Part shown: positions 48,092 through 58,149 of the stretch, in pieces | Numbering within the stretch: position 1 is the first letter of the stretch | Layout of the letters: each line of letters begins with the position of its first letter | Origin: Candidatus Peribacteria bacterium | GTDB lineage: Bacteria > Patescibacteriota > Gracilibacteria > Peribacterales > Peribacteraceae | Reading direction: 5' to 3' | Assembly: GCA_041691135.1 (NCBI GenBank) | Contig: JBEPVF010000004.1 | Span: forward strand, 64,001-128,000 | Length of the DNA stretch: 64,000 bases | Notes under the pieces: model-generated | Seen by the model: the letters and a program-made list of their open reading frames with translations, nothing else | Database searches by the model: none | What the model was told of the DNA's origin: nothing | Translations under genes and position numbers: made by a program

Positions 48092-50637
48092 TATTTGACG
48101 GGCGGAAGTTCCTGACAGTGCGGTCCGGCAATCAGTGCATCATCTTCCGCGCCATTGAGCGGACACATCGTGCGCGTGAAGTTCACACCCGAGAATGCCT
48201 CGAGCAGTTTGGCGGCACTGACGGTGATGTCGCTGAGTGACGTGACACTGTGGCGCAGGTAGTTATCGTACAGACTGGTGCCAATACGTGTTCCCACAGC
48301 ACGGCCCATGGTCTGGATGTTGAAGGCGGCTGCGTCGTATTCGTTTTGCTGGTTTAGAAGACTGAATGCCGTTTCGAGCGGATTATTGAGCGGCAGCAGC
48401 AAACGGCGCTGCACATCGAATCCACACAGTACCGGCGGAGTCGAAGGCGGCAAACCATTGGCCTGGCACAGAGCCGTATCGAGCTGTTGAATCAGCAGGG
48501 CCGGACGGTACTCGCCGAACTGCGTTTGCACTTTGGGCGAGATGGTGCGGATCTGTCCGCCGTCCGCGCGCGGCACGCTGCAGGCATCCCATGGGAACGC
48601 CTCGTCGCCCGTTGTCATAGGACTGCGGCCCGCTACCACGCGAGAGTGTTCCAACGATTCCTCCACACAGCTACCGATGTAGCACATGTTGTTCCCGATC
48701 GTATTGCTGTAGATGCTGATGCGATTCGGATCGCACACGCCGCGTCCCAATTGCTCGGTGGCTTGCTTCTTGGCCACGACATCGGAACGGTTCAATGTGT
48801 CTTTGCACAGCTCGACGGCGCCGTCTTTGCCTTTGGCTCCGTCGAAGAGAATGCCGACGACCGTCTTGGCTGCGATCTCGAGGCGCGTGTTATCAAGCTG
48901 GTAACTGAACGTGGATGCGCAGCGGCCCATGCCTTCCGTCCGGCACGAGTAGTCCGTCAGAAGGTCGGCGCACAGCTGCGTATTCAGTGGAACACCACTG
49001 ACCGATTGCAGCACATCGGTCGTGGTCCCATCCGGATTTTTCGTCGATTTCACAAACGCTCTGTCGCCGGAAGCGTATTGGCAGGTGGCCGTATATGCTT
49101 CGTGGCGAATGCGGCAACAATCGGCATTCTGTTTTTGGGCCGGGCCATCGATGAGTTTCGTACCGGGCGGCAGCGTACAGAGTTCCTGTGCGTACGTCAG
49201 ATCGCGGATGGCGGCGTAGCGCGGCGGAAGCAAAATCGGTTTCTGGCCGGCCAGTTGTTGATTGATACACACGGGGATGGTGCCGTCGGCGAGCTTCACC
49301 GTTGGCTGAGCACAGCCGCAGCCCAGCGATACTTTGCATTGTGTCTGCGGATTGAACGGGCTCGTGAGCGACGAACCGGCCGGATTCTGCAGCCAGCCGT
49401 TGCCGTTGCACACATTGGGCCCGCTGTAGGTCTGCGTTTCCTTGGCCTTGCTCGTACAGGCGGCCAATTGAATTTTGAACGGGTCGGGAGCCGGTGTGTC
49501 CGTACAAATCTCATTGCTATCGGGCTTCAGGATATCGCGACACAGGTAACCCAGTCGGCCGAACGGCAACGTACATAGTCCGCGACCATCCGCCAGCGGC
49601 GGCGGATAGTTGCCACCGGGAAGCGGCGTGCAATCCGTCTTGGGAACGCCGTTCTTATCGGGTTCGCACAGGGCCGGCAGTACCGGCTCGATGGGCAGTG
49701 TCCACGTGAGTCCGGCATCGCCGGTTATGTCGCCCGACGCGAGTTTCTCTTTGTAGACCCACACCGAAATGTTGTACGGGTCGAGCAGCTTTTGCTGCTC
49801 ATCCGTCAGTTGGTAGATGCGGATCGATCCCTTCTCGAGCGTGTCGGGATCCGGTACGGATCCGTACACCTCAGTCAATGCAGCCTCCAGATCCGGCCAG
49901 TGGAGGACGAGGTACTGCAGTTCAGGATTATCGGCGGGCTTCTGTTCGGGCGGATACGTCAGATCCTTGCGCACACGATTCGCGTAACGTACTCCGAACT
50001 GGTAGCGCCACACCGCAGCTACAAATCCTTCGCGTTCATCTGTTCCCAGCAGGGGTTGCAATGCAGCGGTGACTTTCTGCATGGCATTCGTGGAAGCGGG
50101 GGGCAGTTGATCCAGGCTGACGTTGCTGCTGGCCGCGACTGAGGAGCCGGACGAGGCACGCCAGATGCTCTGGATGCTCTGCGCGCGCAACGGTACGTTG
50201 ATCTGTGAATTGCCAATCGTATTGATCGTAGTTTCATAACTTGAAGCGATGATCTGTAAATCGCGGCCAAGCGTTCGGATATCTTCTTCACGCTTGACGA
50301 GCGATGTCAGTTCGGCCAAATAGGCATCGCAACCGCCCGCCTGATCCAGTTTGTGATCGATGCACGGCTGGTGGCCATCGCCGCGCAAGGCATTGTTCAC
50401 ATCATCGGGTTTACTGGGAGTCGTGGCAACCGCGGCGACGAACTTGCGGATCACCGGCTCGATATCCGGCGTGGTCGTCGTATCGTTGGTACCGTCATCG
50501 TTCAGCAGAAATTCGCGCTGAGTGACAACCTGCATCATGCGATAGGGCGATGGAATGGCCGCGGCCGCCAGCGCCGTTCCGGCACCCAAGGGCAGCGTGA
50601 TCAGCAGCAGGCCGGTGAGGGCGGAAATTTTTCTCAT
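48091..50637 (-). CDS. Large secreted Cys-rich hypothetical protein (operon gene 4, 848 aa)
   Basis: Start reassigned to MRKISALTGLLLITLPLGAGTALA (ATGA overlap with gene 3); about 29 Cys. Confidence 0.85.
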   Translation of the reverse strand: MRKISALTGLLLITLPLGAGTALAAAAIPSPYRMMQVVTQREFLLNDDGTNDTTTTPDIEPVIRKFVAAVATTPSKPDDVNNALRGDGHQPCIDHKLDQAGGCDAYLAELTSLVKREEDIRTLGRDLQIIASSYETTINTIGNSQINVPLRAQSIQSIWRASSGSSVAASSNVSLDQLPPASTNAMQKVTAALQPLLGTDEREGFVAAVWRYQFGVRYANRVRKDLTYPPEQKPADNPELQYLVLHWPDLEAALTEVYGSVPDPDTLEKGSIRIYQLTDEQQKLLDPYNISVWVYKEKLASGDITGDAGLTWTLPIEPVLPALCEPDKNGVPKTDCTPLPGGNYPPPLADGRGLCTLPFGRLGYLCRDILKPDSNEICTDTPAPDPFKIQLAACTSKAKETQTYSGPNVCNGNGWLQNPAGSSLTSPFNPQTQCKVSLGCGCAQPTVKLADGTIPVCINQQLAGQKPILLPPRYAAIRDLTYAQELCTLPPGTKLIDGPAQKQNADCCRIRHEAYTATCQYASGDRAFVKSTKNPDGTTTDVLQSVSGVPLNTQLCADLLTDYSCRTEGMGRCASTFSYQLDNTRLEIAAKTVVGILFDGAKGKDGAVELCKDTLNRSDVVAKKQATEQLGRGVCDPNRISIYSNTIGNNMCYIGSCVEESLEHSRVVAGRSPMTTGDEAFPWDACSVPRADGGQIRTISPKVQTQFGEYRPALLIQQLDTALCQANGLPPSTPPVLCGFDVQRRLLLPLNNPLETAFSLLNQQNEYDAAAFNIQTMGRAVGTRIGTSLYDNYLRHSVTSLSDITVSAAKLLEAFSGVNFTRTMCPLNGAEDDALIAGPHCQELPPVK

Positions 50638-51401
50638 GGTTTGACGCTGCGAAGCGAACCGCGTGCATCCCAAATGCGCGGCAGACAGGCGCTCGTCTCG
50701 GCGGCGAGGCCGAGTGTGTTGCGAATGTCGAGCGACGTGCGGGCAAGGCATTGCAGACTGTCGTCGATGGGACGCAGGCGGTCCATGCCCGAGATCAGCT
50801 GCAACGTACGTTCAAGAGTGCGGGGAGCAAGCAGAAGTTCCCGGTCGGCGATCGATCTTTCCTTTTGGTACGTAAACGGCAGCGCTGTCGTGCCGTAAAT
50901 CGTCGGCAGATCAAATGTCAGATGATTCTTGATCGAGCACTCGTACACGCGCAAGTACTCGAGCAGCACGGCTCCCATGTCGTCTTCGGACAGTGACGAC
51001 ATGTTGCTCTTCCAGGGTGCCAGAGAACCGGCGAGCGACTTGAGCGCATCGCTTGGCGGTTCTTTTACCAATTGCTGACAGTTCACGGCATTCTTTTTCT
51101 GCAGGTGTGCGACGATCACGCCGTCGACACGATCATCGTAACGCTCTTTCCACTTGTCGAAGGCGTCTTCGGGCACAGTAGGAAAGAGCGCCGAGTCGCC
51201 GTCGCACGACGCGAGCACCGGTTTGTTGGTATCAACGGCGGTTGCTGGCCCGGCTGCAAAGAGAGTGTGTAACTGGACGCCGATGCCGGTTGCCATTAGC
51301 AGTGCGCCGATGCCAATTGTTGTCAGCACGGACGTACGTGATGGCGACGCAGATTGGCGCCCCCATCCCGGTTGCCGATTCTGATGTGACAGCTTATTCA
51401 T
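50634..51401 (-). CDS. Exported helical hypothetical protein (operon gene 3)
   Basis: N-terminal hydrophobic segment, 5 Cys, 8-bp overlap with gene 2. Confidence 0.8.
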   Translation of the reverse strand: MNKLSHQNRQPGWGRQSASPSRTSVLTTIGIGALLMATGIGVQLHTLFAAGPATAVDTNKPVLASCDGDSALFPTVPEDAFDKWKERYDDRVDGVIVAHLQKKNAVNCQQLVKEPPSDALKSLAGSLAPWKSNMSSLSEDDMGAVLLEYLRVYECSIKNHLTFDLPTIYGTTALPFTYQKERSIADRELLLAPRTLERTLQLISGMDRLRPIDDSLQCLARTSLDIRNTLGLAAETSACLPRIWDARGSLRSVKP

Positions 51402-52275
51402 TGCACTCGGCGAGGAAACAAGGGATGCGACTCAGCTGGGTCACGACGGCAGTCGCCTGTTCGATGGGGCTCAGCAGATCGCCGCGGAATGACGCGATGA
51501 ACTGGTCAAAGTTGCCGGCGAATTGGAGCAGGGTGCGGTAGGCCGCGTCATACGTCACGGCAAGTTTCAGAAGATCCGCTTCGCGGTTCAGCATCTGGTC
51601 GGCCATCGATTCGCAGTATGTTTTGGTGATGGCAAGGTCGGGAGCGCTGTTGATGGGCAGGCACGTGGGTAGGAAATGCAGGTCGATCTCGTCGCAGCCG
51701 GGAATTTGGATCGGTCCGATACCTTTGGCGAGTGGCGCTTTATTTATCTGGATGGCTGCGGCCTCCTCCGGACTCAACTGAGAATTGGCGCACACGCTCA
51801 ACGCGCGACATGTCAGTGCGCGGTAACTCTGCGTGAGTGCCGGGATCAGTTCGGATGTGAGCACCTGACGTGTTTCGAAGATGCCGCGCCGGTCGGCGAT
51901 ATCGGCCCGCTCGTCCATTAGTTTGTCTTTCAGAATTTCGCCGTCAGAACCCACCCACCGGTCGTCTTCGGTTTTGATGAATACCTTCGCTTCCCGGTCG
52001 TAATCGATGGCGTTGACCGGTTGATCAGCTGCTTTCTTCTGACCGAACAGCACGGAACGGTAGATGCGTTGCTGTTGTGCCAGCCCGGTCGCGATGTCGT
52101 ACTTGCATGCATCAACGGGGCTGCTGCTGTCGGCTTGGGCGAGAGAAGAGCTCGGGACGAACAGCGAAAAAATGAACATCAGAAGCCAGAGGCCAGAAGC
52201 CAGCGACCAATGCTGATTTCTGATTTCTGATTTCTGAGGGTTGTTTGCCGATAGGTGAAGAGATGGTGATCTCAT
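51394..52275 (-). CDS. Secreted Cys-containing helical hypothetical protein (operon gene 2)
   Basis: Signal peptide ending SLA-Q, 8 Cys, ATGA overlap with gene 1. Confidence 0.8.
   Translation of the reverse strand: MRSPSLHLSANNPQKSEIRNQHWSLASGLWLLMFIFSLFVPSSSLAQADSSSPVDACKYDIATGLAQQQRIYRSVLFGQKKAADQPVNAIDYDREAKVFIKTEDDRWVGSDGEILKDKLMDERADIADRRGIFETRQVLTSELIPALTQSYRALTCRALSVCANSQLSPEEAAAIQINKAPLAKGIGPIQIPGCDEIDLHFLPTCLPINSAPDLAITKTYCESMADQMLNREADLLKLAVTYDAAYRTLLQFAGNFDQFIASFRGDLLSPIEQATAVVTQLSRIPCFLAECNE
52181..52240. repeat. Heptamer tandem arrays inside the 5' end of operon gene 2
   Basis: AGAAGCC-AGAGGCC-AGAAGCC-AGCGACC, then CTGATTT x3. Confidence 0.85.
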
Positions 52276-55200
52276 TTGGCAGGTGCGGGAGGTGGAGGCG
52301 GCAACGGACGCAGATCGAAGGCGGAGGGCACCCAGAAGATCGGGAAGATATCCTGCGGTTGCGAGATGAACGGCAGTTCCTTATCCTCGCCGCCAAGTGT
52401 TTTACCGGTGCGGATCTTGCCGTTATCGGTGATCGTTTCCTGTCGCAGATCGTTCCGCAGCTGTTGCAATTGATCACTAGCCGATGCGGCGTCGTCAGGT
52501 TGCTTGGGTGCGATCATCTGCCAGCCATCTTTTGGCAACGTCTGCTGAGGCAACAGTTCCAGGCATGCCTGATCGTTAGGATCGCAGTTGGCTGCCTTCT
52601 CATTTCCATTGCTGACTTTAAGACGCGAGACGCCCGTGGTTCCCAGATCCTCCTGTAGCAGAATACCCGGTCGCGCCATAATGCGCGTTACCCGCTCAAG
52701 CAGGTCCATCTCGACATGCGTGCACTCGGTCGTGTTCCAGTCTTTGCACGTCAGATTTTTGGTCAGATCATTCGGTTCCAGGCTCTTCCAGAATTCCTTC
52801 GTCAGATCATTCAGCTGTTGCAGGAACGATCGTGCACTGTTCAAAGCCGTCCACATGCGTATGAAGTCTCCCTGAGTAATGGGCGGTGGCGGTGTGATCT
52901 TTTTAGGCGCACTGAGCACCGCGACCTCGGGCAGCTTTATGGTAATCTTTCCGGTCAGACTTGGAACCGGCGGCAACTCCGGCAACTCGATGGCAGTTTT
53001 GTCTTCGTCAGTCAGATCCTGATCGGCTGGCGGCGGCGTGGGAACCGACAGTCGCAATTGCACCGGCTTGAGGACCGGCAACTTTACCGCTCCGGTAAGG
53101 AGCTTGAGGGTCGACAGATCCAGTACCAAATCTTTCTCACCAGTTGGCGGACAGAGGAGCGGCAAGCCGGCTCCGGGCTGACACGACGGCGTGCCCATGA
53201 TCATTTTGGGTGGTTGCGGCAGCAGCGAATAGATCGGCGTGGTAAACCGGTCGTTGCGGCACCACGGCAGATCCGTTTCGTCATGATAGGTGGTGTACTG
53301 CTTCTGCACTTCTTTCCACATCGACGCCAGTTGCAGGCGGATGGCGCGGTTCTTCAGGAAGACCTTATACGTTTCCAAATTGTCCTTTACCCATGTACTG
53401 ATCTGCACCAGTACTTGCTGTTGATGGGTGATGATTCCGCCGATGTAGGACGGCAGTTCGGCACGCAGGGCGCGCACCTGTTCCGCCGATACGGCGTACT
53501 CCTCCAGACGTTGCAGCAGATGCTTCACTTCGGGCGAAGCCACCTCGTCACACGTTTTTCCGGCATCATCCGACTTGGGTGGATTCTGGTAGTAATAATG
53601 TTGGAGAGCCCAACTGCACCACCGTTCGCGTAACGCGCGCAGCTCTACCGCCGACAGAAGAGGAACCACTACCGGCACCGGTTCTTCTTCGATCTTGAGT
53701 AACAGAGAATCCTGCAAATAGCTGGATACTTGTCCGAGCAAATCGTCCTCGGCATGTACTTGCACGTCGATCGACTTCATGCGAGGGTCGCCCAACTGGG
53801 CATCGATTGCCTCTTTGCTGGTGTCGACCAGTGATGCGAGTTTGCCGGAGAGCGCCGATGTCGATGGCAGTCTCAGTCGGACCGTCGGCGGCGAGAGCAG
53901 CGCGTACGCATCCGTTTCCAACTGCTGCCACCAGCGGGTAATCGCACGAGTGTCGTCGAACGAACTGGGATTCCCCTTGGCGTTCGGGTCCGTCCGATCG
54001 GTGAACACGCTGTCGTCAAATGCACGGAGCGTGCTGCGGTTCGTCAGCGGGTCCACCGTCGATTTCTGATAGGCCGCCTGCTGCATCGCCACATCCCCCT
54101 TCGAACCGATGGAATCGATCGACAGGAAAGCGAGGTTCAGATCATTCTTTTCTTTTTCAAATGCCTGCTCACTCAGCAGTGAGAAGCTGCCGCCCAAATT
54201 TTTGTACCACAGCGTGTCTTTATCGTCGTACGACCCGTCGCGATTTTTTCGCACCATGTCGGGCGAAGTTGTCGGATTGGTCTGGTATGTGGCCATGCCT
54301 TTCTGGCTGTTCTGCAGATCCTTTTTCGTGAATGGAAAATTGATCACGCAACGTCGGTCTTTGCCCTCAATCAAATGCGTCTTAGTATCGAACTCACTAT
54401 AGAATCCATAGCACGCCACTGGCAGCGTGATCGGCGTGCCTTTGTCCTTTGATGTGTCGTAGGCGAGTTTGTCGTTCGGCACTTCGGTGAGCGTATCGCG
54501 CAGACTCTGCACCGCATACTGGCGGTAGAAAGAACCGTACGGCATGTAGTTCAATTGCCCTTTCGAAGGCTTTGGGTCGACGGCTACAGGCGTGTACTTG
54601 CAGCCGTTACCTGCGCCCGGAGGAGTGCCCGGCGGCACGTACTTTCCATCGCACCGGCATTCGCGGCCCTGGCAAATGCGACAATTGGGAAACGATTCCT
54701 GTCCGGCATCAGGTACCACCCATTCGTCAGTACATGTCCATTTCGGCTCTTCCTTCTGGCAACCTATAATCGCTCCGCTCTCCGGATCAATGAGCGGTAT
54801 TTTGCAGTCCATCCATGTGAACATGGGATCGTTGAGCTGTTTGCAGAAATCGTTGCATGATTGCGGGGACAGATCCCGGCTGGGCGATGCCCCGAGCATC
54901 GGCACTCCGGTGCCGGTAGACGGCTCCACGCCGCCGCGCGAGTCATTCGAAAACTGCCATTTGCAGGATGGGTCTTCGAAGTACGGGTAGTCCACCCATC
55001 TCTGATACCCCGTCCAACTCTGAATCTTCAGGACACGGTTACTGTTGTGTTCGTCGCGCACCATCGGCTTACAGGCAGTGCTGAGGCCGACCGTAGAGTC
55101 GGGAAACAAAAATCCGTCATTCTTCGAAATGATTGGCGGTCTCGCCTTGGGATTATCGGGCTCGCCGCCGGTTTCGATACGACTGGCCAGTCCGGATCGG

Positions 55201-55535
55201 TAGTTACCGTAGGGATCGCCAAGGTGTCCAGGAGCCCCTGTTACCTTCGCGATTTTTCCTGGATTAGTGTTGTCGTTCGGATCAATGACCTGCGAGGCCT
55301 TCCGGGCATTCACACTCTCGGTCGCATTCCATCCGCCGCACTGGGCGTCGCTTGTCAGGTACTGTGCGATCTTGCCGGTCTTCGATGCCACTTGTTCTTG
55401 AATCTGTTTGAAGTCGGTCGGATCGGCTGGCACTTCGAAGCTCTTGGCCGTCACGTCGAGTGCAATCGTAAGCAGCGCCGCACCGAGTGCAGTCGACAGC
55501 AGAAGCCGACGATGGATGTGTGGTGTGAGTATCAT
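52272..55535 (-). CDS. Very large secreted Cys/Pro-rich hypothetical protein (operon gene 1)
   Basis: Signal peptide, about 24 Cys (e.g. CRICQGRECRC), helical mid-region, Pro-rich C-terminal third; TGcTATAAT just upstream. Confidence 0.85.
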   Translation of the reverse strand: MILTPHIHRRLLLSTALGAALLTIALDVTAKSFEVPADPTDFKQIQEQVASKTGKIAQYLTSDAQCGGWNATESVNARKASQVIDPNDNTNPGKIAKVTGAPGHLGDPYGNYRSGLASRIETGGEPDNPKARPPIISKNDGFLFPDSTVGLSTACKPMVRDEHNSNRVLKIQSWTGYQRWVDYPYFEDPSCKWQFSNDSRGGVEPSTGTGVPMLGASPSRDLSPQSCNDFCKQLNDPMFTWMDCKIPLIDPESGAIIGCQKEEPKWTCTDEWVVPDAGQESFPNCRICQGRECRCDGKYVPPGTPPGAGNGCKYTPVAVDPKPSKGQLNYMPYGSFYRQYAVQSLRDTLTEVPNDKLAYDTSKDKGTPITLPVACYGFYSEFDTKTHLIEGKDRRCVINFPFTKKDLQNSQKGMATYQTNPTTSPDMVRKNRDGSYDDKDTLWYKNLGGSFSLLSEQAFEKEKNDLNLAFLSIDSIGSKGDVAMQQAAYQKSTVDPLTNRSTLRAFDDSVFTDRTDPNAKGNPSSFDDTRAITRWWQQLETDAYALLSPPTVRLRLPSTSALSGKLASLVDTSKEAIDAQLGDPRMKSIDVQVHAEDDLLGQVSSYLQDSLLLKIEEEPVPVVVPLLSAVELRALRERWCSWALQHYYYQNPPKSDDAGKTCDEVASPEVKHLLQRLEEYAVSAEQVRALRAELPSYIGGIITHQQQVLVQISTWVKDNLETYKVFLKNRAIRLQLASMWKEVQKQYTTYHDETDLPWCRNDRFTTPIYSLLPQPPKMIMGTPSCQPGAGLPLLCPPTGEKDLVLDLSTLKLLTGAVKLPVLKPVQLRLSVPTPPPADQDLTDEDKTAIELPELPPVPSLTGKITIKLPEVAVLSAPKKITPPPPITQGDFIRMWTALNSARSFLQQLNDLTKEFWKSLEPNDLTKNLTCKDWNTTECTHVEMDLLERVTRIMARPGILLQEDLGTTGVSRLKVSNGNEKAANCDPNDQACLELLPQQTLPKDGWQMIAPKQPDDAASASDQLQQLRNDLRQETITDNGKIRTGKTLGGEDKELPFISQPQDIFPIFWVPSAFDLRPLPPPPPAPAK

Positions 55536-55910
55536 CTGATTATAGCAAAAAAACCGCAGCCGTTACAGCAGAACAGCGTTTCAGAACGACGAGTGGAATT
55601 GACAGAAAACCTCCATGTTTTTTTATAGAATATGCAAGGTTTCCGCATGCCGTGATTGTGCTCCCTGTTCGTCTTGAGATGCCATACTCAAAGATGGCAA
55701 TTTGTTGTCAGGAAGCCACTTTTTAGGAACCAAAACATAGCCAGAAACTATTTTCTTCAAAAGAGAACCATAAACACTTTTCCGGAAAAAAGAAGAGGTG
55801 TACAACTGTGCACGTCTCTTGATGACTCCGTCGATCGCCCATGGACAGAGCTCTGGCCAAGCTCACGACGCACTCAGTGACATCCTTTACTTCCATTTCC
55901 CCTCAGCGAC

Positions 55911-56762
55911 ATGTTTTCTTTCAATCGCGTCCACATCATCGGTTATCAGACACAACCCGTTCAAGTCCGCAAAACGCCAGGTGGCGCCAGCGTGACAGAT
56001 CTTAATTTAGTCGTTCCTTATCGCTTCCGCTCCGACAGCGGCGAGATGCTCGAAGGCAAAGGTTTCCACGTCGTCACCCTGTGGGGTCCGATGGCGGATG
56101 TTGCCGAAAAGTATGTCAAAGCCGGCAGTCAGCTGTTCATCTCCGGTCGTCTGCAAACAGACAGCTGGGAAGATACACAGTCGGGCGAAAAGCGCTCCAA
56201 GACCAAGATCATCGGTCTGGATATGATCATGCTTGATCCCAAAGAAGGTTTGCTTCCCGCTCCATCTGCTCCTTCACTTTCCACGCTCATCAATCAGGCG
56301 CAGGTGATCGGCAACGTGACTAAAGATCCCGAAATGCGCACGACGACCAGCGGACAGCAGGTGCTCAGCATCGGTGTTGCCACCAACGAGCGCTGGAAGG
56401 ATCGCACAACCAACGAAGAAAAAGAGCGCACCGAATTTCATAACGTCGTAGTATGGGGCCCTCTCGCGCAAAATGTGAGCGTCGGCCTGAAGAAAGGCAA
56501 CCGTGTGTTTGTCTCGGGCCGAGTGCAAACGCGCAGTTGGGAAACCAAAGAAGGTCAGAAGCGCTACACCACCGAGATCATCGCCGACTCCGTGTCGCTG
56601 CTTGGTGCGCATAATGCGCAGGCGGATGCGTCCATCCAATCCAACGGTGTTGCGTCATCGGCCGGTTCGTCATCTTCTGATTTCAACCAGAGCACATCTG
56701 ATGTCTCGATCCCCGACATCACCTATGCATCAGAGATCAAAGTAGAAGATCTGCCTTTCTGA
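55911..56762 (+). CDS. ssb: Single-stranded DNA-binding protein with two tandem OB folds
   Basis: NRVHIIG..GRLQTDSWE and NQAQVIGNVTKDPE..TEFHNVVVWG..GRVQTRSWE; acidic tip VEDLPF. Confidence 0.95.
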   Translation: MFSFNRVHIIGYQTQPVQVRKTPGGASVTDLNLVVPYRFRSDSGEMLEGKGFHVVTLWGPMADVAEKYVKAGSQLFISGRLQTDSWEDTQSGEKRSKTKIIGLDMIMLDPKEGLLPAPSAPSLSTLINQAQVIGNVTKDPEMRTTTSGQQVLSIGVATNERWKDRTTNEEKERTEFHNVVVWGPLAQNVSVGLKKGNRVFVSGRVQTRSWETKEGQKRYTTEIIADSVSLLGAHNAQADASIQSNGVASSAGSSSSDFNQSTSDVSIPDITYASEIKVEDLPF

Positions 56763-56765
56763 TCC

Positions 56766-57224
56766 TCAAATAGCCATCTGTTCAAAGCCCGCTGCCATCA
56801 GTGGGCTTTGTTCTATGGGAGACATGCAGGCTGATACTCGATGATCAGACTGCTGGAGAAGTGCGACAATGAGTGCGCGTGCCTCGACTGGTGTTTCCAA
56901 TGGCACATTATCCGAACGATGCGAGACAGGCGCAAATTCTTCTGAAGTCACAATGGGTTCGAGGGGCAGAGGAGACTCTTCGCTCCACGGATAGTGAATC
57001 GGACGGTCCATTGCGGAGGCCGGTTCTATCGCCCGATTAACGGTTGTCCATTGTTGCATCTGCGCCCGCATGGACACTCGCCGAGCCACTGCCGCCTGAA
57101 GCAGGTCTGCACTCTGTCCCATCGATTTCTGCCCGGCAGTCGTTTGTTGTTCTGCATGCTTCAGCCGCTCCGAAGAAAAAGAGTGCACAGCCTGCGATGC
57201 TACCCGCGTCTTTTTGTGATGCAA
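56766..57224 (-). CDS. Hypothetical protein
   Basis: Starts 8 nt after the murB stop and fills the gap to ssb; no family recognised. Confidence 0.5.
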   Translation of the reverse strand: MHHKKTRVASQAVHSFSSERLKHAEQQTTAGQKSMGQSADLLQAAVARRVSMRAQMQQWTTVNRAIEPASAMDRPIHYPWSEESPLPLEPIVTSEEFAPVSHRSDNVPLETPVEARALIVALLQQSDHRVSACMSPIEQSPLMAAGFEQMAI

Positions 57225-57232
57225 AGTTTTCT

Positions 57233-58147
57233 CTACGAAGCGATCTTTCCATCGCTCCCATACAAGCGCATTTCGATGCTCGCGATTTGCGGTACTGTTT
57301 GGCGGATGGTGTGTGTCACGTCCCGAACGTTCTCGAACGTTCCGCCGCCGATGTTCAGTAAAAAATTCGCGTGCTTCTCGCTCACCTGAATGCCGCCAAC
57401 CGTCAGTCCGCGCAAACCGGCTTGCTCGATCAGTTTCCAGGCCGGTGTCCCATCGGGCAGAGATTTGAAGCAGGAGCCGGCTGTTTTGAGATGCGGCTGC
57501 GTCTTGATGCGCTTCTGCAGGAGGCGTTCCACTTCAGTTTTGATATGCTCAGGTTCACCCGAGGGTATCTCAAGCGTCACCGACCAGATGGTGACAGTTG
57601 GTCCTTGGCCTTTGGTCCTTGGTTCTTCACCCAGGAGGTCTTTGAACAAACTTTCACGGTAGCGAAATTTGCAATCCTCCCGTTGTAATTCTTTCCACTC
57701 GCCATTCACAAAGACAGTCACAGTGCGGATAAACGAATCGATCCAAATGCCACCGGCGCCTTGTCCCGCATTGCCGAATACCGCGCCGCCCATTGTACCG
57801 GGAATGCCGGTAAGAGCGGACAGATCGAATCCGGTCTTGGCGAGCTCGTTGATCAACATGGCAAGATTTTTGCCCGCATCGACAACGGTCAGTGGTGAAT
57901 GATCAGTGGGGAGTAGTACCGTGCCTGCTTTAATGCGGACGACGAGCGCGTCGATCGTTCCTTCTTCGAAAACGGTGTTCGAGCCGGAGCCGAGAACGAT
58001 GAAGGGAATATTTTTTTCTTGAGCGAATTGATATGCCTCTTCCACATCTTCCCGGGTCGAGAGTTCGGCAAAGTACCGAGCCTGACCGCCGATGCGCATG
58101 GTGGTCTTGGGGCCGACGGGAATGTTTTCCTGGATCTGCACGTTCAT
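57233..58147 (-). CDS. murB: UDP-N-acetylenolpyruvoylglucosamine reductase
   Basis: TTMRIGG.A, LGSGSN, GIPGTMGGAVFGNAG, FRYRES, TAGSCFK, SEKHANF. Confidence 0.95.
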   Translation of the reverse strand: MNVQIQENIPVGPKTTMRIGGQARYFAELSTREDVEEAYQFAQEKNIPFIVLGSGSNTVFEEGTIDALVVRIKAGTVLLPTDHSPLTVVDAGKNLAMLINELAKTGFDLSALTGIPGTMGGAVFGNAGQGAGGIWIDSFIRTVTVFVNGEWKELQREDCKFRYRESLFKDLLGEEPRTKGQGPTVTIWSVTLEIPSGEPEHIKTEVERLLQKRIKTQPHLKTAGSCFKSLPDGTPAWKLIEQAGLRGLTVGGIQVSEKHANFLLNIGGGTFENVRDVTHTIRQTVPQIASIEMRLYGSDGKIAS

Positions 58148-58149
58148 TA

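Noticed and set aside
46550-55535. Conjugative element, prophage or multiheme cytochrome cluster
   Set aside because: No relaxase, VirB4/TraC, terminase or capsid motifs; Cys residues are not in CxxCH motifs.
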